Assembly (NCBI GenBank): GCA_002428015.1
Contig: DIZW01000042.1
Coordinates: 222-64,221, forward strand
From: Oxalobacteraceae bacterium UBA6018
GTDB lineage: Bacteria > Pseudomonadota > Gammaproteobacteria > Burkholderiales > Burkholderiaceae_D
Reading direction: 5' to 3'
Length of the DNA stretch: 64,000 nt
This document shows positions 38,345 through 48,046 of the stretch, one piece after another. Positions within the stretch are counted from its first letter, which is position 1, and each line of letters starts with the position of its first letter. Under the pieces are notes generated by a model that was given only the letters and a program-made list of their open reading frames with translations, had not been told where the DNA came from and did not search any database. The translations under genes and the position numbers were made by a program.

Positions 38345-39172
38345 ATGAAATTCTTGAAATGGTTAGTGTTTGCGTGTCTCGTCCTGGGGCTCGCGAGTTG
38401 CGCATCATGGCTACCCCAAGGCGGGACAAAGCGCGTGGCCAGCATTGTCGATTATCTCTACCCGGACGCCAAGGAGCCTCCCGCCATGCAGCCGACCGTC
38501 ACACGTCTACGGCTGCCAATCCGGGTCGGAATCGCTTTTGTTCCCGGCGGGTCGCGATCGGCGCTGTCTGAAACTGAGAAGGCGAAGCTGTTGGAACGGG
38601 TCAAGGCTTCATTTTCCAACCGCGCCTATATCGGCGGCATTGAGCTCATTCCCACCGAATATCTTCGACCGCGGGGTGGATTCGCTAACCTGGAACAGGT
38701 GGCGCGGATGTTTAACGTCGACGTGGTGACCCTGCTTTCCTACGATCAGGTTCAGTTCAACGACACCAACGCGCTATCCATGCTGTACTGGACGATCATC
38801 GGCGCCTACGTCATTCAGGGCGACAAATACGATATTCAAACCATGGTCGATGCGTCGGTATTTGATGTGAACAGCCGCAAGCTGTTGTTTCGTGCGCCTG
38901 GAACAAGCCAAGTCAGGGGCAACGCCACCATGGCTGGTTTCAGCGAGCGCGCGCGGGTCGCGCAACTCGATGGATACTCCCAGGCGGTCGACCAGCTCAT
39001 TCCGCGATTGCAGATGGAACTAGACGCTTTCAGGGCGCGGGTGAAATCCGATGCCAATTTCAAGGTCGAAAACAAACCGGGATATAGCGGTGGCGGCAGC
39101 CTTGGCTGGTGGAGCTTGATGATGACTTTTGTCCTCGTCGGCCTCGCATATGGGAAGCGCCGTGCATCGTAG
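38345..39172 (+). CDS. rhlP: Rhombotarget lipoprotein with C-terminal GlyGly-CTERM
   Basis: Lipobox LASC (Cys19); SIVDYLYP, LPIRVGIAFVP, LFRAPGTS; C-terminus SGGGSLGW + hydrophobic helix + KRR. Confidence 0.85.
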   Translation: MKFLKWLVFACLVLGLASCASWLPQGGTKRVASIVDYLYPDAKEPPAMQPTVTRLRLPIRVGIAFVPGGSRSALSETEKAKLLERVKASFSNRAYIGGIELIPTEYLRPRGGFANLEQVARMFNVDVVTLLSYDQVQFNDTNALSMLYWTIIGAYVIQGDKYDIQTMVDASVFDVNSRKLLFRAPGTSQVRGNATMAGFSERARVAQLDGYSQAVDQLIPRLQMELDAFRARVKSDANFKVENKPGYSGGGSLGWWSLMMTFVLVGLAYGKRRAS

Positions 39173-39776
39173 CGCCGCGCCGGCGATCAGCGTCGTGGCG
39201 CTAAGCTGCCTCGGGTTGGCGTTTGCTCCCGCATCCGTCATTCATTGTTTGGCGTTTGATCGCCAGGCGATTATTGCCGGCCAAATCTGGCGTCTGTGGA
39301 CAGGGCATGTAGTGCATTTTTCGGCGCAACACGCGCTTGTCGATACCACCGTTCTTTTTATGCTCGGCGCCTTGGTGGAAAAAGAAATCGGGGCACGACG
39401 CTTAAGCCTCGCATTGTTACTGGGCGCTCCCATCATTTCGATGGGGCTGATTGTTACGGTACCGGGCTTGCAGTTCTACCGTGGCGCCTCGGGGATTGCC
39501 ACCATGGCGGCGATTCTGGCCGGTGTTTTGCTTTGGACGACAAGCGCCGCAAGCAGGATGATTCTCGCTTTTCTGGCCGTTGGACTCGTCATCAAGACCG
39601 TATGTGAAGCCTTCGGCATTTCCGTAGGCTTGTCCAGTCTGCCGCAGAATGTCGCGATAACGTGGCAGGCGCATGTGCTCGGCGCGATCTGTGGGGCGCT
39701 GATGGCTTTCCTGAACCGCAGCCCGACAATTCACTGCTACGGCTCGCCAACGCTACCCAGCCCCGCGCGCCGATGA
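39162..39776 (+). CDS. rrtA: Rhombosortase (rhomboid-family intramembrane protease)
   Basis: GQIWRLWTGHVVH, catalytic YRGASG and AHVLG motifs; GTG start overlapping the GlyGly-CTERM gene. Confidence 0.85.
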   Translation: MHRSAAPAISVVALSCLGLAFAPASVIHCLAFDRQAIIAGQIWRLWTGHVVHFSAQHALVDTTVLFMLGALVEKEIGARRLSLALLLGAPIISMGLIVTVPGLQFYRGASGIATMAAILAGVLLWTTSAASRMILAFLAVGLVIKTVCEAFGISVGLSSLPQNVAITWQAHVLGAICGALMAFLNRSPTIHCYGSPTLPSPARR

Positions 39777-39899
39777 AAGCCGGATCGGCCGGGCACGTAC
39801 GAAGCGACGACCGAACTTTTATGGGCTTGCGCAGTCTGATGACTGAGTATACTTTTCCTTCGCAATGCTCCGCCGTCGACTATCTGAGGGGATGGGAAT

Positions 39900-40118
39900 A
39901 TGTCATCTGAGAGCTATCAAAAGGGCAAATGGCGGGCGGACGTCGGTGTCGAGGAACTGGCAAGTGGAAAGTTTCAAGGTTTTGTCATGCTTGTCCACGA
40001 GGATGGAGCCGCCAATCGCCAGCAAGCCTTGCACAGGGCGCTAGGCGTCTTGGATACCATGGATGCCGCATTGGCCGAAGCGAAAATGCTCGCCCGTCAT
40101 TTGCTGGGGAATCTATAG
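39900..40118 (+). CDS. Small hypothetical protein
   Basis: 72-aa ORF with GGGA upstream and plausible composition. Confidence 0.55.
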   Translation: MSSESYQKGKWRADVGVEELASGKFQGFVMLVHEDGAANRQQALHRALGVLDTMDAALAEAKMLARHLLGNL

Positions 40119-40168
40119 CTCTATGTTGGACTTATTGTCTTGACTGCATTTCCGAACAGGAGGCGAAC

Positions 40169-40702
40169 ATGGCGATTGATGTCGACACTCATCGCGATCC
40201 GGAAGGCTTTCCGGTAGATCATCCGCTGGACGCACTCAAGCGCGATCACGATATCGTGCGGCGCTTGTTCGAGCGCTACCACGAGGTCCCGCAGGCAGAA
40301 GACGAACGCCAAGATATTGCGCGTGAAATCCTGTTGCGGCTGGATCGCCACATGGATATGGAGGAAACCGTTTTGTATCCACGCGTGCGCAGCATCGATT
40401 CCGAACTCGTGCAGCAGTGCGAAGCTACCCATCATCAAACCAGAAATTGCATGAAGCCGATCCGCACAATGGCCGATAGCGCTGAAAAGAGTGCAGCACT
40501 ACTGGATTTGGCCAGCATGTTCGACGTGCACGTCGAGCTCCAGGAGAAGCAACTTTTTCCGCTCGTAATGCAATCGACGCTCGACCTGGTCCGGCTCGGG
40601 ACCGACATGCAGGCGTTTGAGTTAAGCCAGATTGCAGCGGAAGCGCCAGCTTTACGGTCTGGTCAGCGGCCGCCAGGCGGAGGGCGCGCCAACGCGGCAT
40701 AG
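40169..40702 (+). CDS. Hemerythrin-domain protein
   Basis: RBS CAGGAGG; LKRDHDIV, HMDMEETVLYP, HH, HVELQEKQLFP. Confidence 0.8.
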   Translation: MAIDVDTHRDPEGFPVDHPLDALKRDHDIVRRLFERYHEVPQAEDERQDIAREILLRLDRHMDMEETVLYPRVRSIDSELVQQCEATHHQTRNCMKPIRTMADSAEKSAALLDLASMFDVHVELQEKQLFPLVMQSTLDLVRLGTDMQAFELSQIAAEAPALRSGQRPPGGGRANAA

Positions 40703-40820
40703 GCCGGGCCTGTTCGGCGCGGGGGGCGACCAGTCCATATGTCGCGGATGGCGGGCAGCGACGGCTTGGCGCCGGGCTGCCTTTTTCCCCCTAGCAGAAC
40801 GCCAAACAGGGTTCGCAGAT

Positions 40821-40839
40821 GCTGCCAATAATTGGCGGT
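40821..40839. promoter_or_regulatory. Candidate WYL-regulator site GCTGCCA-N5-TGGCGGT
   Basis: Same geometry as ACTGCCA-N5-TGACAGT at 41560-41578. Confidence 0.45.
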
Positions 40840-40867
40840 ATCCATGAGATGTGAGTAAGATTCTGGT

Positions 40868-41590
40868 ATGTCAAGATCAGAACGCCTTCTCCGCCTCTTG
40901 CAGGTTTTGCGAAACCATCGCCGTCCCGTGAGCGGACAAGCCTTGGCTGCCGAAATCGGCGTTAGCATCCGCACGCTGTACAGAGACATCGCCAGCCTGC
41001 AAGCACAGGGCGCCGCCATTGAGGGAGCACCGGGTGTCGGCTACGTCATGAAGTCTGGTTTCATGCTTCCGCCCTTGATGTTTGGGTCTGAAGAACTCGA
41101 TGCGCTAGTGCTAGGCATGCGCTGGGTGGCAGACCGCGGCGACCGTATCTTGGCGAATGCCGCATTGAGCACGCTTGCGAAAATTTCCGACGTATTGCCG
41201 CCTCAATTGCGGCGAGAACTTCAAGAATCTTCGCTGCTCGTGGGTGCCGGACTTAAGACTTCGAGGCATTCGATTGCTCCCGACCTGCTGCGCGTTGCGA
41301 TACGTGAGGAGCGCAAACTCCAGATCACCTACGGCGACGCTTCAGGCGCAGTCTCGCAACGTGTGGTTTGGCCGTTCGCGCTGGTGTACTTCGACCAGTC
41401 GCGCGTGCTGATGTGTTGGTGCGAACTGCGGGGCGACCTACGCAACTTCCGCACTGACCGAATTTCCGAAGCCGCACTACTGGAAGTGGGGTACCCGACG
41501 CACCGACAGGCACTTCTCAGGCAATGGCGACGGTCCCAACCTGCAGTTGATCATTTGATACTGCCAGATTCTGACAGTGACTTCGGATAA
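40868..41590 (+). CDS. YafY-family HTH-WYL transcriptional regulator
   Basis: SRSERLLRLLQVLR, SIRTLYRDIASL, GYVM..LPPLMF, WPFAL, WCELRGDLRNFRTDRI. Confidence 0.93.
   Translation: MSRSERLLRLLQVLRNHRRPVSGQALAAEIGVSIRTLYRDIASLQAQGAAIEGAPGVGYVMKSGFMLPPLMFGSEELDALVLGMRWVADRGDRILANAALSTLAKISDVLPPQLRRELQESSLLVGAGLKTSRHSIAPDLLRVAIREERKLQITYGDASGAVSQRVVWPFALVYFDQSRVLMCWCELRGDLRNFRTDRISEAALLEVGYPTHRQALLRQWRRSQPAVDHLILPDSDSDFG
41560..41578. promoter_or_regulatory. Candidate WYL-regulator site ACTGCCAG-ATT-CTGACAGT upstream of the VOC gene
   Basis: Inverted repeat with one mismatch, inside the 3' end of the regulator gene. Confidence 0.55.
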
Positions 41591-41622
41591 GCTGAACTTC
41601 TCTTTTCACCGTGGAGTTCATC

Positions 41623-41991
41623 ATGAAGTTCGCATCCATCCGCCTCGTCACCAACGAGTTCGAGCGCCTTGTCGCGTTTTACGAAATGCTGTCGGGCCTT
41701 GAGTCCGCGCGCCTTGCCGACGGTTTTGCCGAAGTGCGCTTCGAGGGGGCGGTCTTGGCCATCTCGTCGGAGCAACTGATTCAGCGCTTTAACACCGGAG
41801 CCGCGACAGCTGCTGCCAACCGGTCTGCGATCCTGGAGTTCCAGGTGGACGACGTGGATGCCGTGTGCGAGCGTATGCGCGCTGCAGATGCAGAAATCGT
41901 CATGGCCGCCACTGTCATGCCTTGGGGCAATCGTTCCCTGCTCCTGCGTGATCCCGATGGAAGTTTGGTAAACGTTTTTTCCAAACCTTAA
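41623..41991 (+). CDS. VOC / glyoxalase family protein
   Basis: LEFQVDDVD, MPWGNRSLLLRDPDGSLVN. Confidence 0.9.
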   Translation: MKFASIRLVTNEFERLVAFYEMLSGLESARLADGFAEVRFEGAVLAISSEQLIQRFNTGAATAAANRSAILEFQVDDVDAVCERMRAADAEIVMAATVMPWGNRSLLLRDPDGSLVNVFSKP

Positions 41992-42099
41992 TCCATCACC
42001 GATCGTGAAAATCAACGCGTACTGAGGTGCACTGTCAATAATGGACACGTCCGTGATGACGTACCATCCTCGGTCGGCTCAACTCGGCCGCGGAACGCA

Positions 42100-43731
42100 T
42101 TATTCAGCGCTTGGCGCGGCGCGGTGGTCATGATGCGCAATATGGCTCATCGCGTGTTCGGTGAGCGCGGTGATGGTCAAGCTGGGATTGACGCCCAGGT
42201 TGGCCCCCAGCATGGAGCCGTCGCAGATGTACATATTGTGGTAGCCGAAGACACGATTTTTTCCATCGCATACCCCCTCGGCAGGGGTACGCCCCATCAC
42301 CGCGCCACCCATGCAATGGGCGGTCATCGGAACGTTGAGCAGGATTTCTGTAATTGAAGTTGTCGGCACGCCTCCGGTCGCTCTTGCGGCCTTGATGGCG
42401 AAGTCGTTCGCAGCCGGAATGAAGGTCGGGATGTGGTCGCCATGACTGCTCAACTGCTTGGAGAAAGGCCAGAACCAGCGCCGCTGCAACTTCATCGTCA
42501 GGCTCCCGTCCAGCGTTTGCATGCACAGGAAAATCATCGTTTCGCGGGCAAAGCCGTTCGGGGTCAACACGCGCAAGGTGGCCACTGGCTTGGTCAACAT
42601 GAGTTTGAGTAGGGTGCCCATCCACGTCACGATGCGCGTCCAGCCGGGCCGTCCTAGCGTCATCACGGTGGTCAGCAATCCCATGGCGTCGGAGCCTGCG
42701 GGGTAGCGCACGGCCTCGATATGCGTGTGTTCGTCGATGTAGATGCCGGACCCGATGGCGACGCCGCGGGAAAGGTCTGTCTTCGATCCCGGGAAACGAA
42801 CGCCGATCAGCGACTCGGCGTTCGTGCGGACGTGCTTGCCCAAGGCATCGGAGATGTGCGGCAGCGATCCTCTTTCCTTGAGGCGGAACAGGAGCTCCTG
42901 CGTGCCCAGGGACGACGCGGCAAAGACGATGCCACGGCAGCGGATGCGCCGCCGTTGACCACGCGTTGGACCGGCAAGACTGAGCACTTCCACTTCATAG
43001 CCCGCTGAGCCGTCCGGTTTGCCGGCGAGGGGGACCACGTTCACCACCTTTGTCTCGGCGTGCAGTTCGGCGCCTCGTTTTTCGGCCAGGTACAGGTAGT
43101 TCTTGTCGAGCGTGTTCTTGGCGTTCTTGCCGCATCCGACCATGCAGGCGCCACACCCGACGCAGGAGGTGCGCGCCGGGCCTTCGCCGCCAAAGTAGGG
43201 ATCGGCGTAGGTGGTGCCCGGCTCGGCGCCCAGTTCGCCGAAGAACACGCCGACCTCGGTCGGATAAAATGATCCCTCCGCGCCAACCGCCCGGGCCATC
43301 TCCTTCAAGCGCAGGTCCGCCGGTCCAAGGAGCTGGTTGGTCGTCACGCCCAGCATGCGCTTGGCCGTCGCATAGTGACCGGGCATGACGGCGCCCCAGT
43401 CGTTGAGCCCGGTCCAGCTTCCCTGGCGCCAGACCTTGTCGGGCGGCACCAGCAATGTGTTGCCATAAGTTATAGAACCGCCGCCGACCGCATTCCCATG
43501 CAGGACCACGACATGGCGGAAGAACTGCATGCCGAAGAAACCGTTCAAGCCGAGCGAGGGCCGCCAGATCCACTTGGCGAGCGACCAGTTTGACTTCGGG
43601 AGCTTATCGGGAGTCCAGCGGCGTCCCTGTTCGATGACGCCGACACGGTAGCCCTTTTCGGTGAGCCGCAGCGCGGAGACGCTCCCGCCAAAGCCCGAGC
43701 CGATGACGACAAAGTCGTAGTCCCATTCCAT
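42100..43731 (-). CDS. GMC-family oxidoreductase (cholesterol-oxidase-like)
   Basis: VVIGSGFGGSV, AVGGGSITY, CVGCGACMVGC, TAHCMGG, GVNPSLTITA; start ATG 43731. Confidence 0.88.
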   Translation of the reverse strand: MEWDYDFVVIGSGFGGSVSALRLTEKGYRVGVIEQGRRWTPDKLPKSNWSLAKWIWRPSLGLNGFFGMQFFRHVVVLHGNAVGGGSITYGNTLLVPPDKVWRQGSWTGLNDWGAVMPGHYATAKRMLGVTTNQLLGPADLRLKEMARAVGAEGSFYPTEVGVFFGELGAEPGTTYADPYFGGEGPARTSCVGCGACMVGCGKNAKNTLDKNYLYLAEKRGAELHAETKVVNVVPLAGKPDGSAGYEVEVLSLAGPTRGQRRRIRCRGIVFAASSLGTQELLFRLKERGSLPHISDALGKHVRTNAESLIGVRFPGSKTDLSRGVAIGSGIYIDEHTHIEAVRYPAGSDAMGLLTTVMTLGRPGWTRIVTWMGTLLKLMLTKPVATLRVLTPNGFARETMIFLCMQTLDGSLTMKLQRRWFWPFSKQLSSHGDHIPTFIPAANDFAIKAARATGGVPTTSITEILLNVPMTAHCMGGAVMGRTPAEGVCDGKNRVFGYHNMYICDGSMLGANLGVNPSLTITALTEHAMSHIAHHDHRAAPSAE

Positions 43732-43849
43732 GCAGCGTCTCCCGGTGAAGTGCTCGACAATCCAGCGTGAACGCACGTTCATGCGTTTAGCCAATCAATT
43801 ATCCATCATCCACTGGAACTGTAATTTCTGTGCGGAATATTTAGGTCAA

Positions 43850-44983
43850 TCAGACGCGCGCGAGCCGGCGCCGGGCCATGCCTTCCGCATCGAACAGGTG
43901 CAGGGCGGTGGGCGGAAAGCCGAACGGCAGGGTGTCCCCGACCCGGATAGCCTCGTTCTGCGTCTTGGCGACGAGGATAGGCTGCTGGTCCGAAAACTTC
44001 AGGTGGACGTGGCTCAGTTCGCCCAGTGCTTCGATGTGGATGACGGTGGCGCGCCACGGCCCCTGGCCCAGGACCACATGCTCGGGGCGTATGCCCAGCG
44101 TCACCGCCTGGCCAGGCGCCAGTCCCGCCGGCGTCACCAGGGCGCTGCAGGGCTGTCCTTCGAAGTCGAGCACGACGGCCGCGTCGGCCAGCGTCGCCAC
44201 GGTGGCGGCGAACAGGTTCATGCCCGGCGACCCGATGAAGCGCGCGGCGAACAGGTTGGCCGGATGGTGATAGAGCGCCATCGGGGTGCCGACCTGGGCC
44301 ACGCTCGAGCCGCCGCGCGCCTCGGCCGCGGGACGCAGCAGGACGACCTGCTCGGCCAGCGTCATCGCCTCGACCTGGTCGTGGGTGACGTAGATCATGC
44401 TGGCCGAGGCGACCTTGCGGTGCAGCTTGGCGATCTCGAAGCGGGTCTGGGCGCGCAGCGACGCGTCCAGGTTCGACAGCGGCTCGTCGAACAGGAACAC
44501 CTTGGGCTGCTTGACGATGGCGCGGCCGATCGCCACGCGCTGGCGCTGGCCGCCCGACAGCACGCCGGGCTTGCGCGCCAGGAGCGCGTCGAGCTGCAGG
44601 ATCTGGGACGCCTCGGCCACGCGCCGGTCGATCTCGGCGCCGGGCAGGCCCTTGCGCTGCAGGCCGAACGCCATGTTGTCGAACACCGTCATATGCGGAT
44701 ACAAGGCGTAGCTCTGGAACACCATCGCGAGATTGCGCTCGGCCGGCGGGGTGTCGTTGATGACCACGCCGTCGATCTCGATCGATCCGCCGGAGACCGG
44801 TTCGAGCCCGGCGATCAGGCGCAGCAGGGACGACTTGCCGCAGCCGGAAGGGCCGATGAAGACGCAGAACTGGCCTGCGTCGATGGTCAGGTTGACGTCA
44901 CTGAGCACGCGCGTGTTCTCGTAGGACAGTTCGATATTGCGTAGACACACTTGCGTCATGGGGGAGGGCTCCGGGGTGGGCAT
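43850..44983 (-). CDS. Sugar ABC transporter ATP-binding protein (MalK type)
   Basis: GPSGCGKS, LSGGQRQR, FLFDEPLSNLD, YVTHDQ, TOBE region; 44959 is an alternative start. Confidence 0.95.
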   Translation of the reverse strand: MPTPEPSPMTQVCLRNIELSYENTRVLSDVNLTIDAGQFCVFIGPSGCGKSSLLRLIAGLEPVSGGSIEIDGVVINDTPPAERNLAMVFQSYALYPHMTVFDNMAFGLQRKGLPGAEIDRRVAEASQILQLDALLARKPGVLSGGQRQRVAIGRAIVKQPKVFLFDEPLSNLDASLRAQTRFEIAKLHRKVASASMIYVTHDQVEAMTLAEQVVLLRPAAEARGGSSVAQVGTPMALYHHPANLFAARFIGSPGMNLFAATVATLADAAVVLDFEGQPCSALVTPAGLAPGQAVTLGIRPEHVVLGQGPWRATVIHIEALGELSHVHLKFSDQQPILVAKTQNEAIRVGDTLPFGFPPTALHLFDAEGMARRRLARV

Positions 44984-44987
44984 GGGC

Positions 44988-45824
44988 TTACTTGCTGCCG
45001 CTGGTCTGGTCGTTGAGCGTCACGAAATAGCGGTTGAGCGCGATGTACATGAACAGGATGGGCAGCACCGAAATGATGGAGCCGGCCATGATCAGGTTCC
45101 ACGACGAGGACTTGGCGTACTGCTTGGCCACCGCGTTGAGCCCCTGGGGCAGCAGGTAGCGGTCGACCGAGGAGATGAACAGCAGCGGCTTCATGAATTC
45201 GTTCCAGATGCCCATGAACACGAAGATGGCCTGGGTGGCCAGCGCCGGCCTGGCCATCGGCAGCACGATGCGGAAAAAGCGGCCGAACGGGCCGACGCCG
45301 TCGAGCATGGCCGCCTCCTCGATCTCGACCGGGAAGTTGATGAAGAACTGGCGCATCATGAAGATATAGGCGATCGATACGGCCGAGGTCAGCACCACCG
45401 ACAAGTGGGTGTCCACCAGCCCCATCCTGGCCACGATCATGAAGGCCGGGATCATCGTCACCTGGCTGGGCACCATCACCAGCAACATCAGGCCCTGGAA
45501 GATGAGCGCGCGGCCGCGGAAGCGAAAGCGCGCCAGCGCGTAGCCGGCCATGGTGTTGAAGATGACGTTGAGCAGGGTGACGGCCAGGGCGACCGTCAGC
45601 GAATTCCACAGCCAGTGGGTGAACGAGCCGTGCAGCACGAGCTGGTAGGCTGACCAGTCGGCCTGGGCCGGCAGCACGCTGTCGGCGTTGGCGATCTCGC
45701 GCGTGCTCTTGAGCGAGGTCAGGATCGCCCAGGCGAAGGGCACCAGCGTGAGCAGGCAATATGCGCCCAGAAAACCATACAGACCGGCGCCTTGGAGCAG
45801 GGCGCCCACTTTCCTGTTTTTCAT
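44988..45824 (-). CDS. Carbohydrate ABC transporter permease (MalG type)
   Basis: IEEAAMLDG EAA loop, WNEFMKPL. Confidence 0.93.
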   Translation of the reverse strand: MKNRKVGALLQGAGLYGFLGAYCLLTLVPFAWAILTSLKSTREIANADSVLPAQADWSAYQLVLHGSFTHWLWNSLTVALAVTLLNVIFNTMAGYALARFRFRGRALIFQGLMLLVMVPSQVTMIPAFMIVARMGLVDTHLSVVLTSAVSIAYIFMMRQFFINFPVEIEEAAMLDGVGPFGRFFRIVLPMARPALATQAIFVFMGIWNEFMKPLLFISSVDRYLLPQGLNAVAKQYAKSSSWNLIMAGSIISVLPILFMYIALNRYFVTLNDQTSGSK

Positions 45825-46759
45825 CGGCCGTTCGCTCCATCCGGTTTGACGATGCGGTTGAGGATCAGCGTCACGCAGAAGATGATCAGGGTGAGCACCA
45901 TCGCCAGCGCGCAGGCGAGGCCCATGGTGTTGTAGTTTTTGAAGGCAAAGTGATAGATCAGCAGGGTGAAGGTCAAGGTGGCGTTCTCCGGGCCGCCTTC
46001 GCCGCCGGACAGGATGAACGCCTGGTCGAACACCTGGAAGCAGCCGATCACGCCCATCGTGAGCACGTAGCAGGTGATAGGCGTGAGCTGGGGCACGCTG
46101 ATCTCCCAGTGCTTGCGGAAGGGCCCGGCGCCGTCGAGCACGGCCGCTTCGTACAGCGCCTGGGGGACTTCCTGCAGGCCGGCCATGTAGACCACCAGGA
46201 AGCCCGGGATGGTCGAATACACGTTCATCAGCATGATGATGCCGAGGGCCCATTTCGGGTCGGTCAGGAAATGGATGGTGACGCCGAGATGGTCTTGCAG
46301 CAGATGCACCACCACCCCGTTATTATTGAACAGCCACATGAAGATCATCGTCATCGCCGCCGATGACGTCAGCGTGGGGAGAAACAGCAGCGTCAGGAAG
46401 GCGCGCTTGAACTTGATCCGCCCGTTCAGCAGGCAGGCGAGGAACAGGGCGATTCCCGTCTGCAGGGGGACGACCACCATCACGTAGTGGAAGGTGTTGC
46501 TGCAGGCGGCCCAGAATTTGTCGTCTTCGACCAGGTAGCGCAGGTTGCGCAGGCCGATGAAGCTGTGGCGGCCCGACACGATGTCCATTTTCTGGAGCGA
46601 GACGAACAGCGCGTAGGCGATCGGCAGCAGCGTGAAGATGCCAACCAGTAGCAGGGTCGGCAGCAGGAAAGCGTAGGCGCTGATGGTGACGCCGCGTGGC
46701 AGGCGCCATGTGCGCGCCATGCCGGCGCGCAAAGGCGGGGCGGACGGGGCGCGCGTCAT
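45821..46759 (-). CDS. Carbohydrate ABC transporter permease (MalF type)
   Basis: FIGLRN, LYEAAVLDGA, FQVFDQ. Confidence 0.93.
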   Translation of the reverse strand: MTRAPSAPPLRAGMARTWRLPRGVTISAYAFLLPTLLLVGIFTLLPIAYALFVSLQKMDIVSGRHSFIGLRNLRYLVEDDKFWAACSNTFHYVMVVVPLQTGIALFLACLLNGRIKFKRAFLTLLFLPTLTSSAAMTMIFMWLFNNNGVVVHLLQDHLGVTIHFLTDPKWALGIIMLMNVYSTIPGFLVVYMAGLQEVPQALYEAAVLDGAGPFRKHWEISVPQLTPITCYVLTMGVIGCFQVFDQAFILSGGEGGPENATLTFTLLIYHFAFKNYNTMGLACALAMVLTLIIFCVTLILNRIVKPDGANGR

Positions 46760-47982
46760 TTCTGGCGCTCGATTTCGCGGTTCGATACGGTTTGCGCCTG
46801 CTCGAGCGCCTGCGTCAGCGACTTGTTGCCGTTGAAGGCGGCGAGGAACTGGTTGCCAAAGTTGGTGTTGACGATCGGCAGGCTGATCCCGCGCGACCAG
46901 ACCGTGGCGTAGGCCGCGCCCAGCACGTGCGCCTGCAGTCGCGTATTGTCTTTGATGCGCATGGCGCTCTCGACGCTCCTGCGGGTGGGCAGGGTGCCCG
47001 ACTCGGTGGCCCACAACTGCTGGCCTTCGCCGGTCATGAAGCGGGCGAACTGCAGGCCGGCGGCGCGGTTCTTCGCCTTGCGCGGCACCACGTAGCCGAC
47101 GACGAAGGCCATGGTTTGCCGCTTGCCGTTCACCGTGGGCATTTCGCGGGCGATGAAATGGACGCCGGAGAAGTCCTTCATGAGCGCGGGCAGAATCCAG
47201 TTCCCCTCCATCATCATGGCGGCCCGCTGGGTGCCGAAGGCCGAGCCCGGCCAGTCGGCGCCCAGGTCGTCCTTGGGCGAGGCGAGGTAGTGCTGGGCGT
47301 GGCCGGTCACCAGCTGGTTCAGATAGTCGTAGGCCTTGGGGTTGTTGACGAAATGGGCATTGCCGGCGGCGTCGATGACGGGCTGGCCCGAGCTCTCCAG
47401 CGCCGACAGGTGGCGCGCCAGTTCCTTTTCGACGATCATCGCCGCCACGCCCTTGGGCAGGTGAGCCTGTAAGGTGCGCGCAAAGCGCATCAGCCCCTCG
47501 AAGTCGTGCGGCACGGCGGCCGGACCGAAGCCGGCCTGTTTGAGCAGAACCGGATTAATGTAGAGCGCCAGGGTCGAATAGTCCTTCGGCAGCCCGTACA
47601 GCTTGCCGTCGCCGCCACGGAAGGCGTCGAGGAACTGCGGGTAGAAGTCGCCCGGCTTGTCGACCTTGCCGTCGAGCGGTTCCAGCACGCCGCTCTCGAT
47701 CAGCAGCGGCGCGTCGAGCGCGTCGACATAGCAGACATCGGGCGGATTGCCGGCCGCGAAGCGCGACTTGAGCACGTCGATGTATTTGTCCTCGATCACC
47801 TGCTTGTTGACGGCGATGCCAGTGCGGCGCGTGAAGGCGGCGCTGGCCTTGTCGAAGGCGGCCGCCTCGCCGGGCGAGGAGGCCCAGATCGTCACGGTGA
47901 CCTGGCCGGCGCCGCGCACGCACAAGGGCAGCAGCAGGGCGGCGGCCAGCGCGGCGCGCTGCAGTGTGCGGAAGCGGAGCAT
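46756..47982 (-). CDS. Sugar ABC transporter substrate-binding protein
   Basis: Signal peptide; PPDVCYVD, YGLPKDYSTLALY, AAMMMEGNW. Confidence 0.92.
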   Translation of the reverse strand: MLRFRTLQRAALAAALLLPLCVRGAGQVTVTIWASSPGEAAAFDKASAAFTRRTGIAVNKQVIEDKYIDVLKSRFAAGNPPDVCYVDALDAPLLIESGVLEPLDGKVDKPGDFYPQFLDAFRGGDGKLYGLPKDYSTLALYINPVLLKQAGFGPAAVPHDFEGLMRFARTLQAHLPKGVAAMIVEKELARHLSALESSGQPVIDAAGNAHFVNNPKAYDYLNQLVTGHAQHYLASPKDDLGADWPGSAFGTQRAAMMMEGNWILPALMKDFSGVHFIAREMPTVNGKRQTMAFVVGYVVPRKAKNRAAGLQFARFMTGEGQQLWATESGTLPTRRSVESAMRIKDNTRLQAHVLGAAYATVWSRGISLPIVNTNFGNQFLAAFNGNKSLTQALEQAQTVSNREIERQK

Positions 47983-48046
47983 GCGGTAGCCTTTCGTGTG
48001 CGCTGGGCCAGTGAAGCGGCGGGCCAGGCCGGGCGCGTGGTCCATG

